A stretch of 64,000 bases of DNA. It comes from Lophium mytilinum. Its lineage: Eukaryota. The notes beneath the pieces are model-generated. The model saw only the letters and a list, made by a program, of their open reading frames with translations, did no database searches and had not been told where the DNA came from. Shown one piece after another: positions 9,123 to 21,251 of this stretch. Position 1 is the stretch's first letter. Every line of letters begins with the position of its first letter. The DNA lies in NCBI GenBank assembly GCA_010093605.1, contig MU004188.1, forward strand, positions 313,673-377,672, written 5' to 3'. The position numbers were made by a program, and so were the translations under genes.

Positions 9123-11281
9123 CTACCGCCCATTACTACTAGACACACTCCGCAAACTCCTTTCACTCGGCGCATCCGACTTGCCCTCTCGCCTTAGGTA
9201 GTCCGCATACAACTTCCCCCCCTCAAACTTCTTCCCCGCCGCGCCCCTAAAAGGCAAATGATACTGCCCCGTCGTCCCCACAATCCCCGGCGCGCCATCT
9301 CTTAGGTTACTCTCCACACGATTCAACCTTCCCGTCACCTCCTCCCTCTCCACCATTACAACCATCCACACCCCGACCTTCGAGTCCGACCCGATGAGCG
9401 GCGTGCAGTGGATCCAGCGCGGCTTCCCGTCCGCGGGCTGATCCGGCGCGGTTTCTGAGTCCTCGGAGCTCGCGGTGCCGGGGTGCGGGGCGCTGTGCAG
9501 CCAGGAGATCTTCGCCGTGACGCCGATGCCTTGGGTGAGTGCTTCTGTGATGCCCTCGCGGACGTGCGCGGGCCCGCCGATGCGGGAGAGGAAGCGGGAT
9601 TGGAGGAGGCCCGGGATGCGGAGGGCGGGGGAGAGGAAGGTGATGCGGAGGGAGGGGGCGGGGCGGACGAGGAGGTACTGCGCTCTTGTTAATGCTGGGA
9701 AGAATTGGGAGAAAAAGGAGACAAGAAGGGACCGGCGGGAGCGAGCAAAGGGATGAAAAGTGTATTTAAAAGAGGAAGCACACTGGCTGACTTACGTTTT
9801 GATACACACCTGGCAGCCGCCCTGAAGGGCCGAACTGCGACGGCGGCCACATGCTCGCCTCTGCCTCTGCTTCGTCCATGCCGACGTAGCGTCGTGTGGT
9901 GCGCGCGGTGCTGGGCCGCACGGGGGTGTTGCGGCCGGAGTCGCTGCGGCTGTTGGGGTGGTGGTCGTAGTTCAGAGCGTGCCTTTCGTCGTTGTCGAGG
10001 AGTTGGCCGAGTTCGGCGAGGTCTTTCAAGGAGGGTTTTGAGAGGGAGTTGATGGAGGCCCTGCGGCTGACTTCTTCGTTAAGTAGCCGCTGGAAAGACT
10101 CGAGGCCTCGGCCACCTTCAACAAGGTAGGTGATGTCGATCTGTGCGCCGATGAAGTAACGAATTTTGCCTCTGTTGTCGTATAAGGGCGCGACTAGGAC
10201 GAGGTTGAGGAAGGGGGTGCCGTCTCTTTTACTGAAATATCGTTAGAATCCATGCATATTTGTATACAATCCAAACCCCTACTAGTTGAGTATCACGTCG
10301 CAAACTTCTTGTCCACCATCTATAGCTGACCTGAGTCGTGTGACCGCTGCTCTCGAAGTTTTCGGACCTTGAAGAAAGCGGCAGTTTCGGCCAAGCACGT
10401 ACTCCCTCCCGTACTGGGTAGTCTTGAAGAACTCTGCTAGTCATTAGTGGGCGTTACAGAAGGTTGAAAATCTAGAGCTAACCTTCAGACGCGTATACGA
10501 TTGGATTGTCCTCTATAGACGGGTCCGTCAAGCAAAATACCTCCGCCAGGCCTTGTACAAGCTGCCTCATGATAGGCGCATTGTTACCGGTAATCTCCTT
10601 TACCAAAGTTTCCGTTACCACCGAAGTCATTCGATGTGTAATATACGCAGGTAATGCATCTGTGACCAATTCTTCTAGAGCAACTCTTGCCCTTGAATGG
10701 AACGATGAACTCAGAGTTGCGGCTGCTCTAGACGGAGCCCGGCTGGAGCCCATTTCCTCTATCACGGCATTCGCATATTGCACCGCAAATGTGGCTTTCT
10801 GCGAATCAATGTACTGTGATAGAGTTGATGTCAACATTGGCCTGTATCTATCAATGAAGGCTTTGAACGGGCGTGCTAAATCATCGTCGCGCACTATTAG
10901 ATCGAGATGGCTCGCGGAGAACAGCTTGTCCGCCAATCTTTCACCATTGGCGTGCGAAATGAAAGGAGGGGGAGCTTGGAGGTCGTATCCAGGCTGTTCG
11001 TCTTGCAATTGCTCTCGAGAGGCCTTCTGTGTGGGCGCTGTTGGCTCTGTCGGTTCCATGGGGTCGCCTTCCGCGGAATCGAAGATGGAGTGCACGGGCG
11101 AACTGTCTGGCGAAGACGGCGCGTCCGGAGGCATGAATGCGGCCTCGTCGAAGCTTGGACTTTTCTCCGGTAGTAGTTTGGACGGATTGAAAGGCATGAT
11201 AGGGCTGCCAGCCTTGCTGGAAACCCTCGGAGGTAGTGGAAAGGGCAGGTCGGTCATCCTGAAGATATCTGTGTCACTCAT
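9123..11281 (-). CDS. RGS-LOV-DUF blue-light photoreceptor (BcLOV4-like architecture), spliced
   Basis: LAEVFCLTDPSIEDNPIVYASE / FFKTTQYGREYVLGRNCRFLQGPKT / NYKRDGTPFLNLVLVAPLYDNRGKIRYFIGAQID is a complete LOV domain with the photoactive Cys and signalling Gln. The N-terminal region is helical and RGS-like. The C-terminal region has WIHCTP...GVWMVVMV. Confidence 0.85.
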
Positions 11282-12386
11282 GGTGCAATAGAATAATAGT
11301 ACGGGAAACAAGAGAAAGGCTGTCAACTGGCTATGAAGTTCAATTACCTGGTACTTGTACAGAGGCTCAAGCGTGCATCGATGTTAGACTAATGCGCTCA
11401 TGGTGGAAGGCGAGTGCCAGCAGATTGCGAAGGAAACGAATGGAGGAAGCTGTAAGAAATGTCCAGACGGGAAATGTACACTCTTATGACCAATGCACAA
11501 GCCCTGCTGCAGTCACAAAGAGGGCAACCGTACACGGTGAGAGCCATAGGCGAGCGGTGCCGACGCATATCAGGCCGTGTTAGTGACCCATCACAGGAAG
11601 ACACAAATGATGTAGGAGGCTGATCGCTTTGCTACGCGGAGCCGACGCCGCCAAAAGGAAAGATTGCGTCTGCCGCGCTGTGTACCTGCCGTGATGTTGT
11701 ACCAGGGAACCATGCCAGGTCGGCCTGGGCCCACGAGGCGCCATCGGAATTGATCTCAGCAGGGATGATCGGGGCCTGCGATCGGGCCATGGACGGAGGC
11801 GGCGTCTTACGGGACCGCGATTTCAATAGAAACGGCGGCACGATACGAGGCCAGCGTGGTCGCGTTTCGTATGCCTTGGGGCGGCGCCGGCCTGATGCCT
11901 CTTGCAGGTGATGGACTTGGATCGTTGTGATGGAATATTCAAGGTTTGGCATTTGAGACTAACAAGTCACAAAAAGACTCGGTATCGTAGAATATCGGGA
12001 GGTAAATCAGTCGGAGAGATCCTTCAAGAAAACGGACTAAAAGTGGCTGATTTCCGAGAGACCAATCAATGGAAGCGGAGGGGACCTGCATATCCCACGG
12101 TAATATCGACCTAGCTTAGTTTGTAGGGCTAAGCGAGGTCTAGGCAGGTGTATAGAAGGATCCGCTAGCTGCAGAAGAAGCGTAGGCAGGGTTCATTATT
12201 GAAAGCGGCAGTCCACGAATCTATGATCGTACTCTAACACTTCCAATACAGTACCTCGTCTTAAGTCTATGCACACTCGTTCATCACCGCTTGAGCTACC
12301 CTCGTACGCTTTTAGAACTCCATACACGAAGTTGGGTTTGGCGCCATAGAAATTAGGCTGCCTTTCTACTTACTGGGCATGTTACA

Positions 12387-12810
12387 GCTCAACACCATCA
12401 AATTTAGACTTCTATCTAGTCGACCAGCTATCTACTGTCTAGGGCGCCCCCTACAGTGTTATTAGACAAGCAAATATCAAGCTGCAGCAACATTATACGC
12501 GTGGTGCCCGAGATAATACCTACAATTGGTACACCATATCAACATCGGCTCAACACCATGGAATTTGGATTCCTATTTAGCCGACCAGCTCTATCTTACC
12601 TAGGACACCCCTTACAGTGTTATTAGACGAGCAGGTATAAAGCTATAGCAATGTAATATTCGCTTACCTGAACGGACACCTAGAATCAGTACACCACATC
12701 GACATCAAGCTCAACACCACCAGAACCAGCCTAGCTTTGAACCTCGCACCCACCTACTAGCCAGGGTCCTCCTCACGGCGGTATCACGGGCGCAAGAACA
12801 GAGCCCTAGT
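12387..12810. repeat. Diverged tandem repeat, 161-bp period, ~2.6 copies
   Basis: GCTCAACACCA recurs at 12387, 12548 and 12709. Units 1 and 2 share blocks such as TACAGTGTTATTAGAC and CGACCAGCT. Confidence 0.8.
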
Positions 12811-12987
12811 AGTCTCATCTCCCTCCCCTCCTCCCTCATCACACCACATCATATCACTCAGTCACGATATCGCATGTCGACACTGTCTGGAGTGGCCTCA
12901 CGAGTTTACTCGTGATCTAAAATGCTGTTCTTTCTCTTATTCGAAACGCTACTACTACTCTAAGGCCTCTCACGCAGCGTCGAACAA

Positions 12988-13545
12988 CTACTCGAGGTTC
13001 CCTTTCCGCCACCTCTTCTGCGTCCCGTAGTCATCCATGCCCTCGTCGTACCGATGTACCAGTCTTTCATGATCTTCTTGTTCTGCCTCTTCCATGTCGT
13101 CTTCGTAGCGCCGAAGAGCTTCCAGAGCGTGTGGATATACCCACGCTTCGTGGTCGCGAGGATACTTGATGGGGATCGGGGCCGTGGTCGAATGAGAGAA
13201 GCTTGGGGGGGACTCTGCCGATGATGTTGAGGTTGCGGGGGTGGAGTAAGCTGCCTTCGCGCGGGGAATTTGGAAGGATGATTCTGAGCATGACGAGATG
13301 GCACTATCGGAATCTGTATACGACGTCGCCGTGGAGTCGGTGGGTGCTTCTTCCTCATCGGCAAAGCCGCTGGTATGGACGTGTAAAGCCGCGCCTGAGG
13401 GTTCTGCGTTCTCGGCGACATTGTTCGTGGGAGTAGCAGCGGTCTTGTCGACATCGTTGGTCGTAGCGACGGCTTGCTGGCGACGGCTTGGGAGGATGGC
13501 GGCTAGAATAGCTAGGTAGGTGGCGCGAACGTTGAAGAATGCCAT
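12988..13545 (-). CDS. Hypothetical 185-aa Ser/Thr/acidic-rich protein with hydrophobic N-terminus
   Basis: Open frame MAFFNVRATYLAILAAIL...KRWRKGNLE*, preceded by a CA-rich UTR-like leader. No recognised domain. Confidence 0.5.
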   Translation of the reverse strand: MAFFNVRATYLAILAAILPSRRQQAVATTNDVDKTAATPTNNVAENAEPSGAALHVHTSGFADEEEAPTDSTATSYTDSDSAISSCSESSFQIPRAKAAYSTPATSTSSAESPPSFSHSTTAPIPIKYPRDHEAWVYPHALEALRRYEDDMEEAEQEDHERLVHRYDEGMDDYGTQKRWRKGNLE

Positions 13546-14728
13546 AGTTGCAAGTTGGGCTTTTGCTGGTTGAAGCGTTGCGAAGGGTTGTGCGTGTGAA
13601 GACTGTGCGTGCGAAGAGTTGTGTGTGTTGGGTTGAGTCGTGTACGTGTAAAGGTGAGATTTATGTGTGGGAGAGATGATTATTGTATTGTGTAGGTATT
13701 GTGCTCGGATCGTATTGTGTGCGCATTGTGCTCTGATTCTGGTCCTGTGGTTATCACTTTGCTGTACCAGGGTCGCTATTGCGGTCGATTGATCCACGGA
13801 TGCCCAGCGGCGTGTACCAAAGATTCGTGGTTCTTGGCCTACAGGAATGAATTGACAGGACGCACTGAAAAGTGATGAAGCGTTATCCTCGCAAGAAGCG
13901 AGTAATGGGATACATAACACCTTGCCTATTGCCTGAGGTCGCCCGATGGGGGTGGAATAGATCCGGCTCGTGGTTCCCAGCCATCCCCTATAATTTGTGT
14001 TGAGCGCCGCGTTTAAGATTTTTGGCGATTTTTTCTTCGAACAATAGGGAGCTGAGAAGCAGAGCAAGTTTGCATATATTTCGACTGGACCTTAAGGCAC
14101 CAGTTCGTATAGAGGAGCACTTGTCTCGATCCATAGTATACCTGGCCGTTGAGTGATTGAATTGAGATTGAGGTACTTGCACTTGCGCAATGACTAAACT
14201 GTGCCCGCAAGCCATCGAAACGAAGTCAAAGGCAAGTTGGAAGTCTCTACATGTGATTGCTAGCTACTCAACTCGTGTTTTTCATTAGTTCTGCATACTT
14301 CTCCTTGGTAGACCCGCGAAGCATTCTTGCGGGGGAAAAGGTAGTAAGAGGCGCCAGGGCACCTGCACAATAGGCCAGCCATGACAGTCACATCGCCCAG
14401 GAGGAATTCGTTTTTCCGACTCGATGTTCAATTAAAGTCAATTGACTGGGTGAGCGATGGCAGATAAGGAGATGGAGGAAGACATCCCGACGTGTCGTGC
14501 CCAGCCCTACGAGGCACGTGCGAGGAACCCCTGGCAAATCGTGAAGGCGGAGAAGCACGTCAGCGCCAAGCCGATGTCGAAATTCTGCCAGTGGACCAGT
14601 CCGTCTCACAGCGAACTCGGACTCCGCCTGCAATATAAAGCCATTGGGCCCTTCACGTTCCTTGTTTGCCTCGAGACTTCCCACGGACACGCTCATTACT
14701 ACAAATTACTTGAGCAAAATTTCCCACA

Positions 14729-15510
14729 ATGGCAACGTGAGTAGAATACCCCGCCAGCGTCTACTCAATCGTGTACTTTGTTAACAGGGCACTAGCAACA
14801 TCACCTGGCATCCGTCACTCTCTCGCAGCGAGCGCCAAACCAACCGTAAACAGCGAGGCTTCACACTGTGGTTCACCGGGCTATCTGCGTCTGGAAAATC
14901 CACGATTGCAACTGCGCTCGAGCAGCATCTCCTCCACCTTGGACTAGCTGCATACCGTCTGGACGGTGACAATGTGCGATTTGGATTGAACAAAGACCTG
15001 GGATTCTCTGAGTCGGATCGCAATGAAAATATTCGGAGGATAGGAGAGGTAGGCACTTTGGATCGTCTACGTTAGACGTCTCTCGCAAGGAACTCTTATT
15101 GATTGAACATGCAGGTCGCGAAACTCTTCGCTGACTCCGCGACCATTGCCATAACCTCGTTCATCTCGCCATACCGGAAGGACCGACAGGTTGCGCGTGA
15201 TCTACATGCCGCAAAGAACCCAGCGAACCCAGACGACGAGCCGTTGCCATTCATTGAAGTCTTTGTTGACATTCCACTCGAGGTGGCTGAGCAGAGAGAC
15301 CCCAAGGGGCTATATAAGAAGGCACGAGAGGGGAAGATCCCTGACTTCACTGGCATCTCGGCTCCGTACGAGGCACCAGAATCACCAGAGATCCACATCA
15401 GGAGTGATCTGAAGAGCGTTGAGGAATCTGTAGTTGCGATAGTCGACTATCTTAACAGCAAGGGGCTGCTAAACCTGAATAGCTCTGATGGAAGAGGACT
15501 TGAGTATTGA
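14729..15510 (+). CDS. MET14: Adenylyl-sulfate (APS) kinase, 3 exons
   Basis: MAT / NITWH...[12 protein letters not shown] (P-loop)...[19 protein letters not shown]...[10 protein letters not shown] / VAKLFAD...[28 protein letters not shown]. Confidence 0.96.
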
Positions 15511-16409
15511 ATATACTTCTAGACGATGAATGAATATACATGTGGCCCCGACAGTTTGCTAGATTATTCCCCTTTGATTGATGGTGACACATCTAGCCTA
15601 TCAATGGAGATATGGAGATACACGTAATGAACATAAAGTATGAATCATTAGGCTTCTACAAGGCCGTCCCATGGTCAAAGTCAAGTCGGTTCAATTAGTA
15701 GGTCACGTGGTGCCGATGTCTTGGTAAGGATCCCTGGCTCTTTTCGCTCCTCAAACTTCATCCACAACAACCTGCAACCGTCATAACGATACTCTCCCAA
15801 GTATCGATAGTTGGCTGGCGAACGCTATGTGCTTCCACGTGCAAAGGATGTGATGCTAATGCTACCCTTGCTCTCCTTTCTCATTCTTCCTGATGGCGCC
15901 TCAGAGCCGGAGACGCAAACGCGGTCAGACTGACCCTTCCACGAACAAAGGTGGCCCTTCCAGATCGGTCTGGTAGATTTTTGGCCTTCATGTACCGACA
16001 CAGACGACCTAGAAAGTGTTGTAATGTTCGACGTTACGAAGTTGTCGAAGGTCAAGCGTACGATCAAGCTGAAACAGCACTTCAACATCACTTCAATGAC
16101 GCTATTAGGGCTCCAGGTAGGGAAACAGTTTTGATATACACAGGTCGACTGTCCTGAGTAGGGCTTCCAGTCGCCATCGATCCTCCGCGAAGCTGCCGAG
16201 CGCTCCAGATATTGAAAGCAAGGTCAGTATACACGTTGGCGTCCTCGAAAGGATGCCCAACCGCTGTTGAAGAAAGCTTATACACAGTACGAACAGTCGT
16301 CCTCGTCGAACGATCTCCCTCAACCCTCCACATTGCCTCCACTCCACACCGGCATGCAAGCCCATTAGCAGAGAGAGGGATATCGCTCATGTCGCTGTGT
16401 CGTATCTCT

Positions 16410-16904
16410 TCACGCCACCACCAACGTGATGTTGCTCAGCGCCCTCGCAGCCTCCAGCATGACCCGCACACACAGCGTCGATCCGGCCGCCCAGAGCGTG
16501 CTCCTCAACAGCGTTGGACCGGTAGTAGTCGTCCTCAGATACACAACGGTATACGCAACCCGAATCGCCAGAAACAAGCCCGCGAAGCCGGAAAGACCAT
16601 GGATACCGTCGCGCTTCAGGCCGGCCATGTTGCCCAGGATGACTGCCGATGCAAAGAGAGGGAGGTTTTCCATGCCATTGGCGTGGCATGCTTCGGCGCG
16701 CTCATAGCGGGCGTACGTCTCGGCGTCGAGGGTCTTCTTGAGGTTTGCTTTGAGTGTAGAGGAGCGCGGGTTGAGATTGTCCCATGAGAGGGGCTTGCCA
16801 TTGGTTGCGAGTTGGATGGCGTAGGAGTGGGGGATGACGGAGAGGATATAGTAGGCTGGGATGGCGAGGATGGACGGATTGTAGGTTTCTAGAAGGGTTG
16901 GCAT
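16410..16904 (-). CDS. MAPEG-family membrane protein
   Basis: 164 aa, intronless, with WDNLNPR...RAEACHANGMENLPLF and several hydrophobic segments. Confidence 0.85.
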   Translation of the reverse strand: MPTLLETYNPSILAIPAYYILSVIPHSYAIQLATNGKPLSWDNLNPRSSTLKANLKKTLDAETYARYERAEACHANGMENLPLFASAVILGNMAGLKRDGIHGLSGFAGLFLAIRVAYTVVYLRTTTTGPTLLRSTLWAAGSTLCVRVMLEAARALSNITLVVA

Positions 16905-17460
16905 GGTTGCGGTTTGTGAGATTGGAATCTGTGGGCAGTTGGGTTGGTTTATTATAGATAGTTTGGACGGGATTTGGACAGGAGATTAATGAGCGGAAGG
17001 TTCTGAGTGTCATTAAAATCGTGTCGTCATTACTTTAACTCTCGTCTCGCGGAAGGGGCCTTCGGTATCGTGCCAAGCTTCGGGAGTCCCGCGCCGGCCC
17101 GAGGTCCTTGCTGCAGATCGTGGCCCATGCAGAGCCTCACCACATGGTCACCTCTAACCTCATCAAGACCGGCCTAGCTTACGCGACTTCTATCTTCACC
17201 TCCACCTCACCTGCTCGGAGAGCGGAGTTCCTAATGACACATAAGACTACACTATAGCCACCTTACACTGTTGGGGGTAGAACAGTTTGTTTCACCTCGC
17301 CAGCCTCATCGGCGAAGACAATCTCTTGAGCGTCTAGGCAGACGAGGCAGCGAAACCTAAGAATTGCGGCTTCATTAGCTTTGAGGCTAAACTCGTGTCC
17401 TTCGATAGTCGCAATCCTCACTTAATCATAACCAAGTCTTCTACTTCCAAAACGGTCAAT

Positions 17461-18660
17461 ATGGGAAGAACCAAGCTCGGAAACCGTGTTCGCAAAGTTG
17501 CAGAACCGCCAAAAAAGAAAACGCACAAGAAGAGCTCCCGTTTAGCAACTATGGCTGAGCAACAGGTCAACCAAGCAATGGCAGTTCGACCCACGAACAA
17601 ACCCGAAGCTTCTCCGTCTCTGGTTGGCAAAACCTCTTCGATCATACAATCCACAGCGTCTCAAATTGTGAAAGGACCAGAGAAATCTACTGTCCAGCTC
17701 AATGATGGTACTTCAGAGCCAAAGACGGGTTTCATGAGCCTTTCCGGCGAGTTGCGAAACATCATCTACCGCCTAGCTCTAGTATCCAAAAATCCACTCC
17801 TCGTCTACCTCGACATTGGCCCCGATCTAGAGCGGAAGGAAACCTTCGAAGATCCCCCAGCCCTGCTATATAGGTGGGGCATAACGAAGACTAGGAAAGG
17901 GCACCCCAGCATCCCAAGACCGAAACCCAAACTCCTCAGCAATGCACCCACGGTCGCTCTTCTGCAAGTCTCGCGACAGATCAACCGCGAAGCGAAGTCA
18001 ATCTACTACGGCGAGAACTTGTTCACGTTGCACAACGACTTCAGCAAATACTACATGAACAGTGATCTCGAAGAGAATCGGTGGGTCAAGCGCTTCCAAG
18101 AATGGCAGACCGATCTTGGCGACAGCCTACAATGGATCAAACGCCTTCACATCTGCACCTACAGGTTCTCCGGCCCTGAGCTCGTGCCATACGTCATGTT
18201 CGCTATTGAGCATCCAGACATTTCCATCGAAGTCAGCAACATCCAAGGTGCTTGTTTCCGCTGCGAGAATAGCGGAGAGGAACTTGACGAACATGCGGAA
18301 CTCGTGCCCCTTGCGGAGAAACTCGCGATCCTGAAGGACCCGGGTTGGATTGAAGAGCTCCGAGCGGGGAACATTGAAGACATGCGCTTGTGGCGCTACC
18401 ATGATCCACCTACTAGAGCAGCACCTTTTGCTCACTACACGATCAACACGAGGAAGTGGCAGTACCGGGTCGACAAGGTTAGCTATGGGCTCGAGGCGAG
18501 TAGGCGTATCAAGGGGGCTCGGGCATGGCAAGAGCTGTGCGACAAGCTCAGTCAGTCCTATGAGTTCGTTTTGGAACCTCTGAAGGCACGGAAAGGACCT
18601 CGCTATACGATTCATGTTGCACCGAGGCTTCAATCTGAGGACGATATGGATATCGACTAG
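17461..18660 (+). CDS. F-box-like domain hypothetical protein
   Basis: ~400-aa ORF with GFMSLSGELRNIIYRLAL and ALLQVSRQINREAKSIYYGENLF, motifs typical of expanded Pezizomycotina F-box-like proteins. Start codon uncertain. Confidence 0.7.
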   Translation: MGRTKLGNRVRKVAEPPKKKTHKKSSRLATMAEQQVNQAMAVRPTNKPEASPSLVGKTSSIIQSTASQIVKGPEKSTVQLNDGTSEPKTGFMSLSGELRNIIYRLALVSKNPLLVYLDIGPDLERKETFEDPPALLYRWGITKTRKGHPSIPRPKPKLLSNAPTVALLQVSRQINREAKSIYYGENLFTLHNDFSKYYMNSDLEENRWVKRFQEWQTDLGDSLQWIKRLHICTYRFSGPELVPYVMFAIEHPDISIEVSNIQGACFRCENSGEELDEHAELVPLAEKLAILKDPGWIEELRAGNIEDMRLWRYHDPPTRAAPFAHYTINTRKWQYRVDKVSYGLEASRRIKGARAWQELCDKLSQSYEFVLEPLKARKGPRYTIHVAPRLQSEDDMDID

Positions 18661-20763
18661 ACGAATCCTTCTCTGCCGACATCAGAATAAGTACTGTATG
18701 ACCAAGAGCTGGTCTAGCGATTCACGGAAGCTTACGAGGGTTGGAGGGGCAAAGAGATTTTATGAGTTGGTTGAAAGGTTTCCTCAATGGCATCGGCGTT
18801 TCACGGACGGCTTCAAGACAGGCATGGACTATTTTATTTCTTCTTTCAAAGGCCGTATCTCCCTCTTCAATTGGCTTCAAGACGGTTTTTCTCTTTCTTC
18901 CTCAAGATTTCTCAACGACCCCAGAGTACCCAACACATCACATCATGGCCGCAAACGAGACTAGATATCGAGAAATGAGTGATGAATTGACAAGCAGCCC
19001 TAATGACGCAAGGACAGACTATCAACTCCTGTGCATGCTTTCGTTGAAATGACGTGAAGTTTAGTAGATCTTATGGTTGCGTCTCCCTCGCGAAGTCGCT
19101 GAGGCTCTCAGCAAAATATTCCATGTCACGGGCGTCCGACCTAGCTTGGGTATACATTCTGCCGACATCCAACGTGTTTCCCCATATCCACACTCAACCG
19201 TCACCTCCTATAACAAGGGGCGTACAAGATCAACGATGACTCCCAACTCGGAGATCCAGCATCTGAGACTGGAATACGTTGCAGAAGCATAACCAAATGC
19301 CACGTCAGTCCCTCTTGTATTTCCGGACGACACACATCAGCGACAAGATTCTATGAATATCATCCTTACCAAGTGCTGTTGTTCGCTACCAGTGAAGTCG
19401 ATCTTCAGCACCACCATGCCATCGTTCCGGCCATCTTCTCAGTTCACCACCATGGAGGAGCGGATATGTCGGTTCGACCTCCATTCAGGGTTTCTATTCA
19501 CCTGTCGATCCACCACGGCATCCACCAGACACCATGTGTTGGTGTTGGTGTTAGTCACTTTTTTTGAAGGAGAAACTGCTGCACCAGCCATGTTTAGCTG
19601 GTTGAACGTGTTTTGAACCCCAGTGCAGCCCTCCTTCAACCTTTGACCTCACCTATGACGACGAGAGGGACGCGGTTCTTATACCCCTCCGAGCAGAGAA
19701 ACAGCTGAGAGACCTAACGGATGGCACGTGAGCTACCTACCAGCCGCGTGATCCTAAAGCCTTAGCAAACCGTCTCGAGGAACCTATCCACATTTGTGTA
19801 ACGGTTCTTGTATTTTGATGCCACCAGCTTTCACAAAGATGAAGACTCGCTGAATCTAGTGGTCTGCTTGGAGGCTGATAGAGCTGGCACCTGTAGAAGT
19901 GGATCAGTGGCGCCACGAAGGAAAGGCTAGCGGTTGAGTTGAATGGCTGTTCGGTGAATGGGCGGGATGCATCAGGAGAGACTTTCACATGCGTAACAGA
20001 GGAGCTCATGGCAGCCGATGGCCTAAATTTCTGCGGTCTCCGACGCCATGACGTGTCAAGTCCTCAGACGTTTGAAAGGGTAATAATTTAATAGACTACG
20101 AAAATGCACAAGTACCACGTGAAATCGAGAATGTCCCCCTCATTTAAAAATCTAACCTTCATAGAAAGAGAAGGCAAACTAGTTATTAGAAGGGAAGTTT
20201 CAATCTTGCATCAACTATAGACAATTTCTCCCATAGGGTAAAGTGAAGAATGTATATGCTCGTGATGCGGAAGTGTCCTAAGATGTCGGACTTAGGCTCT
20301 AGTGCGTGAGATGCTCCGATATGGCGTGTGACTCAATGATGAGCATCTGAGAGTCTTTCTAGATACGGGAGCACAACCAGCCAGTCTGCTACTATACCAG
20401 GTCACTCATGAAATGCAGGGTAGGTTCATTGGGCGTGCAGGTTCGAACGATGAGAGTGAAAGGAAGGTAGAAAATGTTCGATTGTGAAAACGAACCGTGC
20501 CACAAGGGCGGGTATACTCATTGACAGAAACACCACTACGCCTTTACCAATGTGCCGTAGCTAAACGCCATATTCATCCCTGCTGTGATGCATCCACAAT
20601 CGGCATAAGCCCTCCCAGAGCTTGTAAAACCGGGTCGATGCTGCGAATTGAGTTTATAGTCGTTGTAGCAACTCGTCGCGCTCTCGGATCGAGCATCCTA
20701 GTCTTTGAGCAAACTATTTCTAGCGTATCAGATCCAAGGCTTTAAAAATAGACGGGTCAACGA

Positions 20764-21251
20764 TTAGACTGCATCGAAATTAGTCCATGCACCTTAGCCA
20801 ACCGTCGCTGGGAAGCCATGCCTTGCAGATAATCAGCCGCCATCACCAGCTCCAAGCACAACTCTGGTGGGATATCCAGATCCGGTATATCCTTGCAGTT
20901 CTCGTGCTTCTCGTTGTAGTATAGGTACTCGCAGATCTTCTCGAGCACGATGCCGCTGCAAAGCTCTCGCGTTAGACCGAGAACTCATCGGACGGAACGT
21001 GTGGAGTGGTGAGAAGCGCACTTAATGTCCTTGAAGGTGCAACGGTTCTCTCGTGATTCTTGCCAGCCAGCTGTGGGATGTGGTGTCAGTTTTAGCCTTG
21101 TTTGAGCGGAGAATAGGGACGTACTGGCTGGGTTCAACATGTTCTTGATCGTAGGTGCGATACAGGCGGCTGAGCGGAGGACCTTGAATTCGAACCCGTC
21201 GCTCGACACCAGCGTCACATACTGCGTCTGGCCTTCCCCGTTGAGAGCCAT
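20764..21251 (-). CDS. ELC1: Elongin C (Skp1/POZ fold)
   Basis: YVTLVSSDGFEF...TIKNML / GWQESRENRCTF / GIVLEKICEYLYYN...DLDIPPELCLELVMAADYL. The final codons assume a GC-AG intron at 20769-20821; the unspliced frame ends at 20757. Confidence 0.93.

Noticed and set aside
10506..11291. 261-aa + strand ORF, and similar antisense ORFs over the permease, SHE4, Cdc11-like, KCS1 and KEP genes
   Set aside because: Shadow frames opposite well-supported genes.
12689..12702. GTACACCACATCGA resembling the 5' half of the tRNA-like unit
   Set aside because: The match is short and no B box or T arm lies at a suitable distance.
13546..14067. N-terminal extension of the 359-aa ORF
   Set aside because: Starts at a non-ATG codon and runs through CA-rich UTR-like sequence. 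The ATG at 13545 is more plausible.
15825..16390. Short ORFs between MET14 and the MAPEG gene
   Set aside because: No recognisable motif or coherent exon structure.
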